Position numbers and translations under genes: made by a program. This document shows, one piece after another, positions 25,510 to 32,000 of a stretch of 32,000 nt of DNA. The stretch's first letter is position 1, and every line of letters starts with the position of its first letter. The notes under the pieces were generated by a model, which worked only from the letters and a program-made list of their open reading frames with translations, searched no databases and was not told the DNA's origin. Source of the stretch: Candidatus Arthromitus sp. SFB-mouse-Japan (GTDB taxonomy: Bacteria > Bacillota > Clostridia > Clostridiales > Clostridiaceae); NCBI RefSeq assembly GCF_000270205.1, contig NC_015913.1, positions 60,001 to 92,000 on the forward strand, given 5' to 3'.

Positions 25510-26817
25510 ATGGATATTAATGATAATGACAAAGATATATCAAATGGTAAACAAGATACATCGATAAATTCAAAAAAGAATGTAGGAGTATTTAACAATA
25601 AGTGTTTAATTGTGATTTTTACCGCACTGTTGTTTCTTATTAGTAATGTTTTGTTTTATATATTTGGTCTAAATTTTTCCTCTGGATCCTATTTGTCTTC
25701 AGGAGGATTAAAAGCACTTTCAGGTGATATATCCGATTATAGGAAGCTTATGCTTGTTAAAAATATTATAAGTAGGACTTATAATCCATATAGTGGTGCT
25801 GTTGCTTCTGACATGATGGATAGTGCTATAAAAGGTATGGTTGATTCATTAGGTGATCCATATACTGTTTATATGGATCAGAATGAATTTTATGATTTTA
25901 ACTTAAGGAGTAAAGGTAATTACGTTGGAATTGGTATACAGGTTGCTCCTAAAGAGGGCAAGATATTTATAATATCAGTGTTTAAGAATTCTCCAGCAGA
26001 GAAATCTGGTATTAGAGCTGGAGATTATATTATAAATGTTTCAAATGAAAATGTTTATGAAGATAGTATTGATAGAGCGATATCTCTTATAAAAGGAGAA
26101 GAAGGCAGTAGTGTGAATTTAACTGTAGAGAGAGAAGGAAAGCATATACAATTTAATGTTAATAGAGAAAAAATAGATGTTATGCCTGTGGAGTATGAAA
26201 AAATTACTGAAGATATTTTATACATAAAAATAAATTCATTTGATGAAAATTCATCAAAAGGTGTTAATGAAGCTTTAATTAGTTCTAATTATAGAGGTAT
26301 TATTTTAGATTTGAGGGGTAATCCAGGTGGACTCTTAAATGAATGTGTTGATATAGCATCACAGTTTATACCTGAAGGGAAAGTTATAGTTTCAATGGAT
26401 GATAAATATGGTAATAGAGAGTTTATTAATGCTAAAAAAGGAATAGCAGAGGATAAAGAAATTGTTGTACTTGGCGATTCTGGAAGCGCTTCGGCATCAG
26501 AGGTATTGATAGGTGCTCTTAAAGATCATAATAGAGCTATTTTTGTTGGTGAAACTACATTTGGTAAGGGATTAGTACAGAGAGTTTTTGAACTTGGAGA
26601 TGGTAGTGGTGTTAAGGTTACAGTTTCTAAATATTATACACCGTCTGAGGAATATATAAATAAAGTTGGAATACATCCTAATGTTGAGGTTATATATTCT
26701 CAAGATGAAATTCTAAGACATAAACAAATGTCTAATGGTGATTATGTGAAGATGAGGGAACTAGATCCACAATATATAAAGGCTCTAGAGATATTAAAGG
26801 AGAATATCAGTAGTTAA
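25510..26817 (+). CDS. ctpA: Carboxy-terminal processing protease (peptidase S41) with a PDZ domain
   Basis: ATG at 25510 follows GGAGGAA (the ORF-track TTG at 25486 is rejected). N-terminal TM anchor. PDZ (GIGIQV...ISVFKNSPAEKSGIRAGDYIINV). DLRGNPGG, catalytic GSASASEVL and TFGKGLVQ. Confidence 0.9.
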   Translation: MDINDNDKDISNGKQDTSINSKKNVGVFNNKCLIVIFTALLFLISNVLFYIFGLNFSSGSYLSSGGLKALSGDISDYRKLMLVKNIISRTYNPYSGAVASDMMDSAIKGMVDSLGDPYTVYMDQNEFYDFNLRSKGNYVGIGIQVAPKEGKIFIISVFKNSPAEKSGIRAGDYIINVSNENVYEDSIDRAISLIKGEEGSSVNLTVEREGKHIQFNVNREKIDVMPVEYEKITEDILYIKINSFDENSSKGVNEALISSNYRGIILDLRGNPGGLLNECVDIASQFIPEGKVIVSMDDKYGNREFINAKKGIAEDKEIVVLGDSGSASASEVLIGALKDHNRAIFVGETTFGKGLVQRVFELGDGSGVKVTVSKYYTPSEEYINKVGIHPNVEVIYSQDEILRHKQMSNGDYVKMRELDPQYIKALEILKENISS

Positions 26818-27458
26818 TGGTTTTATATGTTTATTTAATATCTTTTGTTTTAAATTTGATTAATATATATTGGAGAAATAAGGTGGGAATTTATTGCCAC
26901 CTTATTTTAATATGTAAAAACATTTTGTTAATACTTTTTTTTAATCTCGTATTTATGGATGTGACTAATAGGACTGGTTTCCATTTTTTAGATAAAAGAG
27001 TTTTAATAGGAATTTGTTTATTTAGTTTATTAAATTATTTTTTAATAAATAAGTATATATGCATATCATTTAGTGGGATTATATCTTATTTGTTTTTAAA
27101 GTTATTGGGTATTCAAGTGTGCGCTGGTTCAATAGTTTTATTGGTTGGAATGTTACATATATTTGAGGGAGTATTTATTTGCTTGAATTTTGATAGTGAT
27201 AATAACAAGCTTTATTTACCATTGTATTTTGGGAATATTCCTATAGTATTTTTTATTTTTTTTAGAAGAGGTTACTTAAATGATTTTAAATATAGTAAAT
27301 TTATATCAGGATTGTTTGTTTTTGTATATGGTTTGATTGTTATGATATTATATGAGTTCATAAGAAATTTATTTTCATTGATAATTATTTGTGTTCTTCA
27401 CGAATTTATGATTGTATTAGAAAAGAGAGTTATTAAAGAGATTTGTAAGATTATTTAG
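26817..27458 (+). CDS. Hypothetical polytopic membrane protein; start uncertain
   Basis: 213-aa ORF, very hydrophobic with about 6 helices. The ATG overlaps the ctpA stop (TAATG), with AAGGAG 14 nt upstream. Codons ~20-31 coincide with a terminator-like hairpin. The next in-frame ATG (26955) has no RBS. No family recognised. Confidence 0.5.
   Translation: MVLYVYLISFVLNLINIYWRNKVGIYCHLILICKNILLILFFNLVFMDVTNRTGFHFLDKRVLIGICLFSLLNYFLINKYICISFSGIISYLFLKLLGIQVCAGSIVLLVGMLHIFEGVFICLNFDSDNNKLYLPLYFGNIPIVFFIFFRRGYLNDFKYSKFISGLFVFVYGLIVMILYEFIRNLFSLIIICVLHEFMIVLEKRVIKEICKII
26876..26912 (+). terminator. Terminator-like hairpin 59 nt downstream of the ctpA stop, inside the annotated start of ORF 26817-27458
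   Basis: AAATAAGGTGG (26876-86) pairs with CCACCTTATTT (26897-907), a perfect 11-bp stem with the core AAGGTGG/CCACCTT and a 10-nt loop, followed by a T/A-rich tail (ATTTTAATAT). Confidence 0.45.
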
Positions 27459-27469
27459 GAGATATATAA

Positions 27470-29452
27470 ATGAAAGATTTTAAGATAAATTCAAAGTTAA
27501 AACCCATGGGAGATCAGCCTAAAGCTATAGATGAACTTGTAAATTCTATTAATAGTGGTAATAAATACCAAACTCTTTTGGGTGTTACTGGATCTGGAAA
27601 GACTTTTACTATGGCAAATGTTATAGAGAGGTTACAGAGACCAGCTTTAGTATTGGCTCATAATAAAATATTAGCAGCACAATTATGTTCGGAGTTTAGA
27701 GAGTTTTTTCCAGATAATTCTGTTGAGTATTTTGTGTCTTATTATGATTATTATCAGCCAGAGGCCTATGTTCCTCAAACGGATACATTAATAGAAAAGG
27801 ATGCATCTATTAATCAGGAGATAGATAAATTAAGGCACTCTGCAACATCTTCTTTAGTTGAAAGAAGAGATACCATAGTTGTGGCTTCTGTATCTTGCAT
27901 ATATGGTTTAGGAAATCCTATAGAGTATAAGAAGCTTGTAGTAAATCTAAGAGTTGGTATGATTCGTGATAGGGATGACGTTGTAAGGCAACTTGTTGAG
28001 ATACAGTATGAGAGAAATGAGATAGATTTTGCTAGAGGGACATTTAGGGTTAAGGGTGATGTTCTTGATATTGTCCCAGCATCTTCTTTCAGTGTTGGAA
28101 TTAGGGTTGAATTTTTTGGAGATGAGATAGAGAAAATAAGTGAATTTGATGTTTTGACAGGAAAAGTATTTTCTAAATTAGCTCATATTTCTATATATCC
28201 AGCTACTCATTTTGCTACATCTAAAGGAGTGATTGAAGAAGCTATAAGTGAGATAAATTTGGAACTTGAAGAGAGAATTAGGTATTTTAAAGAAAATGAT
28301 AAACTCTTGGAAGCCCAGAGGATTAAAGAGAGAGTTAATTATGATATTGAGATGATGAGAGAAATCGGGTATTGCAGTGGTATTGAGAATTATTCTAGAA
28401 TTTTAGATGGAAGAGAGAAGGGGAGCAAACCTTATACTTTGTTTGATTATTTTCCGTCTGATTATTTGTTGTTTATAGATGAGTCTCATGTTACTATACC
28501 ACAAGTTAGAGCAATGTATGCGGGAGATAGATCGAGAAAGGAGTCCCTTGTTAATTATGGATTTAGACTTCCTTGTGCTTATGATAATCGTCCTCTTAAA
28601 TTTGAAGAATTTGAGGAAAAGATAAATCAAGTAGTTTTTGTGTCTGCAACACCATCAGATTATGAAAAAGAGCATCAAGAATTTATAGTAAATCAAATTA
28701 TAAGACCAACGGGACTTTTAGATCCCTTGGTTGAGGTTAGACCCATTGAAAATCAGATAGATGATTTATATGAGGAAGTTATAAAAACGATAGAAAAGGG
28801 ATTTAGAGTTTTAGTTACAACTCTCACAAAAAAGATGGCAGAGCATTTAACTGATTATTTAAATGATTTAAACATTAAAACTACATATATGCATTCTGAT
28901 GTAAAGACTATAGATAGAATGGAGATAATAAAATCTTTAAGAAGTGGGGAATTTGATGTTTTAGTTGGTATAAATTTATTGAGAGAGGGACTTGATATAC
29001 CTGAAGTATCTCTTGTGTGTATTCTTGATGCTGATAAAGAGGGATTTTTAAGATCTGAAACAAGTCTTATCCAAACGATAGGAAGAGCTGCAAGAAATGC
29101 AGAGAGTAAGGTTATATTGTATGGTGATGTTATAACTAAGTCCATGAAAATGGCAATTGATGAAACAAAGAGAAGAAGAGCAATACAAATGGAACACAAT
29201 AAGAAGTATGGAATAACTCCTAAAACTGTTATAAAAGGTATCAGAGAAGTAATACAAGCAACGAAGATATCAAATGATGAAGTTAGTAAGAAGAAGGTTA
29301 ATATTAATATTCCAAAAGATTTTGATGAGTGTATGAAGCGTATTGGTATGCTTGAGAAAGAAATGAAGAAATGTGCGAAAGAACTTGATTTTGAGCGTGC
29401 TATGGAATTGAGAGATGAGATAAAAGAAATTAAGAAGATTATATTTATTTAG
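27470..29452 (+). CDS. uvrB: Excinuclease ABC subunit B
   Basis: 660 aa. [13 protein letters not shown] Walker [10 protein letters not shown], helicase motifs ([19 protein letters not shown]), and a C-terminal UVR domain ([18 protein letters not shown]). AGGAGA RBS. Confidence 0.97.
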   Translation: MKDFKINSKLKPMGDQPKAIDELVNSINSGNKYQTLLGVTGSGKTFTMANVIERLQRPALVLAHNKILAAQLCSEFREFFPDNSVEYFVSYYDYYQPEAYVPQTDTLIEKDASINQEIDKLRHSATSSLVERRDTIVVASVSCIYGLGNPIEYKKLVVNLRVGMIRDRDDVVRQLVEIQYERNEIDFARGTFRVKGDVLDIVPASSFSVGIRVEFFGDEIEKISEFDVLTGKVFSKLAHISIYPATHFATSKGVIEEAISEINLELEERIRYFKENDKLLEAQRIKERVNYDIEMMREIGYCSGIENYSRILDGREKGSKPYTLFDYFPSDYLLFIDESHVTIPQVRAMYAGDRSRKESLVNYGFRLPCAYDNRPLKFEEFEEKINQVVFVSATPSDYEKEHQEFIVNQIIRPTGLLDPLVEVRPIENQIDDLYEEVIKTIEKGFRVLVTTLTKKMAEHLTDYLNDLNIKTTYMHSDVKTIDRMEIIKSLRSGEFDVLVGINLLREGLDIPEVSLVCILDADKEGFLRSETSLIQTIGRAARNAESKVILYGDVITKSMKMAIDETKRRRAIQMEHNKKYGITPKTVIKGIREVIQATKISNDEVSKKKVNINIPKDFDECMKRIGMLEKEMKKCAKELDFERAMELRDEIKEIKKIIFI

Positions 29453-29460
29453 GAGGAATA

Positions 29461-32000
29461 ATGGAATATATTGAGATAAAGGGTGCTAGGGTTAATAATT
29501 TGAAAAATTGTGATGTTAAGTTTCCAAGGAATAAACTTGTTCTATTTACTGGAGTTTCAGGATCTGGTAAAACTTCCTTAGCATTTGATACTTTGTATGC
29601 GGAAGGGCAGAGGAGATATGTTGAATCGTTGTCTACATATGCAAGGCAATTTTTAGGTCAAATGGATAAACCAGAAGTTGATGCAATAACTGGGTTATCT
29701 CCAGCTATATCAATCGATCAAAAAACAACTTCAAGGAATCCAAGATCTACAGTTGGTACTGTAACTGAGATATATGATTATTTAAGGCTTTTATATTCAA
29801 GAGCTGGAACTCCTCATTGTTATAAATGTGGCAAAGAGATAAAAAGACAAACTATAGATCAAATAGTAGATAGTATAATGGATATTGGTGAAGGATCTAA
29901 GATTCAGATATTTTCTCCTATTGTTAAAAATCAAAAAGGTAGACATGAAAAGCTTATAGAGAATATTAAAATGCAAGGATTTGTAAGGGCTCGCATAGAT
30001 GGAGAAGTTTATGATTTATCAGAAGAAACTATAGATTTAAATAAAAACAAGAAACATACCATAGAGATTTTGGTTGATAGAATTGTAATTAAGAATTCAT
30101 CAAGAGGAAGAGTTTTTGAGTCTGTTGAGAGTAGTTTGAAATTTTCTGATGGACTTGTAATTGTTGATGTTGTGGGTAGAGGAGAGATACTTTTTTCAGA
30201 GAAATTTTCTTGTATTGATTGTCAAATAAGTATATCAGAGCTTGAGCCAAGAAGTTTTTCTTTCAATGCTCCTTTTGGTAAATGTGATGAATGTGATGGT
30301 ATTGGTAGGAAGTTTGAGATAGATAAGAAGTTACTTGTAAATGAAGAACTTTCTATTTTAGAAGGATGTATAAATAGTATTGGAGAAAATGCCTTAAAAG
30401 AGAGTAGTTGGAGTTTTAAGATATTTAAGGCTTTGAGTGAAAAGTATAATTTTTCTTTAGATGAACCGTTTAAAAATTTGAATGACGAGGTAAAAGATAT
30501 AATATTAAATGGAGTGAAGGAGAAGGTATGCGTTAAGTATGGTGATGAAGGAAATACATATAATTATAAATTTGAAGGAATTATAAATATTTTAAAGAGA
30601 AGATATAGGGATAGTTCATCAAATAATGTTAGACAAGATATTGAAAGATATATGTCAAATAAAGTTTGTGAGAAATGTAATGGTGCCAGGCTTAAACCTG
30701 AAGTTTTAGCTGTTAGGTTTAATGGAATTAACATATATGAATTAACTTGTATGAGTATAGAAGATTCTATAAAGTTCTTAGATGGAATTGAGCTTCATGG
30801 GAAAAATAAAATTATATCAGAAGCTATAATTAATGAAATTAGGAGTAGACTATCTTTTTTAAACAATGTTGGATTATCTTATTTAAATTTGGCTAGAACA
30901 GCCTCCACTCTTTCAGGTGGTGAATCGCAGAGAATAAGACTTGCAACACAAATAGGATCAAGTTTAGTTGGAGTTTTATATGTTTTAGATGAGCCAAGTA
31001 TTGGTCTTCATCAAAGAGATAATGATAAGCTCATAGAGACTCTTAAAAATTTAAGAGACATTGGGAATAGTGTTGTAGTTGTCGAGCATGATGAAGATAC
31101 TATAAGAGAGGCGGACTTTATAGTAGATATAGGTAAGTTTGCAGGAGATCAGGGAGGAGATGTTGTTTATCAAGGAGATTATTGTGGAATTCTAGATTGT
31201 AAGGATTCTATAACAGGAGCTTATTTAAGAGGGGAAAAAGTTATTTTAGTTCCAGAGTGTAGGAGGAGCGGTAATGGTAAATTTATAGAAGTTTTGGGTT
31301 GTAGCGAAAATAATTTAAAAAATATTTCAGTAGATATACCACTTGGGACATTAACTTTAGTCACAGGGGTTTCTGGATCTGGAAAAAGTACTTTTGTAAA
31401 CCAGATTTTGTATAAAGGGATAAATAAAGAATTAAATAATTCTAAAGATAAGCCTGGAATATTTAAAGAGATAAAAGGTATAGAAAATATAGATAAAATA
31501 ATTGATATAGATCAGTCTCCTATTGGGAGAACTCCTAGATCAAATCCAGCTACATATATAGGAGTATTTGATTATATAAGAGAATTGTTTGCGACAACAA
31601 ATGATTCAAAGGTTCGAGGATATAAGCAGGGCAGGTTTAGTTTTAATGTTAAAGGGGGAAGATGTGAGGCTTGCCAAGGTGATGGAGTTATAAAAATAGA
31701 GATGCAGTTTTTATCTGATGTATATGTGAATTGCGAGGTGTGTAAGGGTACAAGATACAATAAGGAAACACTAGAAGTTAAATACAAGGATAAGAATATA
31801 TCTGATATTCTTAACATGACTGTACATGAGGCTATGGAATTTTTTGAATCTATACCTAAAATATATAATAAGATAAAGACATTGAATGATGTGGGATTAT
31901 CTTATATAAAACTTGGTCAAAGTTCTACTACATTATCAGGTGGAGAAGCACAGAGAGTTAAGCTTGCGAATGAGTTATCTAAAAAGAGTACTGGTAGAAC
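29461..32000 (+). CDS. uvrA: Excinuclease ABC subunit A; 3' end cut by the window edge
   Basis: Absent from the ORF track because there is no stop in the window. The ATG at 29461 follows AGGAGGA. MEYIEIKGARVNNLKNCDVKFPRNKLVLFTGVSGSGKTSLAFDTLYAEGQRRYVESLSTYARQFLGQ..., zinc-finger Cys pairs, LSGGESQRIRLATQ, and a second GVSGSGKST. The frame is open to position 32000. Confidence 0.97.
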   Translation, partial: MEYIEIKGARVNNLKNCDVKFPRNKLVLFTGVSGSGKTSLAFDTLYAEGQRRYVESLSTYARQFLGQMDKPEVDAITGLSPAISIDQKTTSRNPRSTVGTVTEIYDYLRLLYSRAGTPHCYKCGKEIKRQTIDQIVDSIMDIGEGSKIQIFSPIVKNQKGRHEKLIENIKMQGFVRARIDGEVYDLSEETIDLNKNKKHTIEILVDRIVIKNSSRGRVFESVESSLKFSDGLVIVDVVGRGEILFSEKFSCIDCQISISELEPRSFSFNAPFGKCDECDGIGRKFEIDKKLLVNEELSILEGCINSIGENALKESSWSFKIFKALSEKYNFSLDEPFKNLNDEVKDIILNGVKEKVCVKYGDEGNTYNYKFEGIINILKRRYRDSSSNNVRQDIERYMSNKVCEKCNGARLKPEVLAVRFNGINIYELTCMSIEDSIKFLDGIELHGKNKIISEAIINEIRSRLSFLNNVGLSYLNLARTASTLSGGESQRIRLATQIGSSLVGVLYVLDEPSIGLHQRDNDKLIETLKNLRDIGNSVVVVEHDEDTIREADFIVDIGKFAGDQGGDVVYQGDYCGILDCKDSITGAYLRGEKVILVPECRRSGNGKFIEVLGCSENNLKNISVDIPLGTLTLVTGVSGSGKSTFVNQILYKGINKELNNSKDKPGIFKEIKGIENIDKIIDIDQSPIGRTPRSNPATYIGVFDYIRELFATTNDSKVRGYKQGRFSFNVKGGRCEACQGDGVIKIEMQFLSDVYVNCEVCKGTRYNKETLEVKYKDKNISDILNMTVHEAMEFFESIPKIYNKIKTLNDVGLSYIKLGQSSTTLSGGEAQRVKLANELSKKSTGR

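Noticed and set aside
27393-27404. GTTCTTCACGAA upstream of uvrB, considered as a LexA (Cheo) box
   Set aside because: The half-sites are in the wrong order (GTTC...GAA instead of GAAC-N4-GTTC) and the element is not a dyad. A manual scan of 26800-27470 found no GAAC at all.
19915-31817. Antisense ORFs in the right part: 19915-20115, 28403-28630, 28855-29199, 29048-29257, 31572-31817
   Set aside because: They are embedded antisense in alr, uvrB and uvrA, which are highly conserved genes. The same shadow-ORF reasoning applies.

Overview
This is very AT-rich bacterial DNA using standard code 11, with Firmicute-style GGAGG-type ribosome-binding sites and many GTG/TTG starts. The gene order acpS, LolA-fold lipoprotein, alr, mazEF ... 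ftsEX, ctpA, membrane ORF, uvrB, uvrA looks like a Clostridium-type (class Clostridia) chromosome. I cannot assign a species from sequence alone. Positions 1 to ~15000 are an accessory-looking Wzx/Wzy-dependent cell-wall glycopolymer locus. It holds two LCP ligases, an AT3 O-acyltransferase, three GT4 and one GT2 glycosyltransferases, Wzy, Wzx, a small phosphoglycosyl transferase, ManC, GalU and a YihY membrane protein. A secreted cohesin-like/DUF4214 protein is embedded in it on the opposite strand. From 15 to 20 kb lie a nicotinamidase-like hydrolase, a tail-less SSB, a flavodiiron protein, a small unknown protein, acpS, a lipoprotein and alr. From 20 to 32 kb lie a mazEF-type pair with an atypical antitoxin ORF, a terminator-insulated CBM32-GH89 alpha-N-acetylglucosaminidase, ftsEX, ctpA, an unknown membrane ORF, uvrB, and uvrA (cut by the window end). 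I found no rRNA, tRNA, CRISPR array, transposase/integrase or recognisable dedicated phage-defence gene. I cannot identify a clear-cut new system. The best candidates for something undescribed are the cohesin/DUF4214 surface protein co-transcribed with an LCP ligase, the oddly wired GH89 insertion behind mazEF, the divergent overlapping antitoxin, and the membrane ORF with an internal terminator-like hairpin upstream of uvrB. All domain calls come from reading the translations by eye; no database search was possible.
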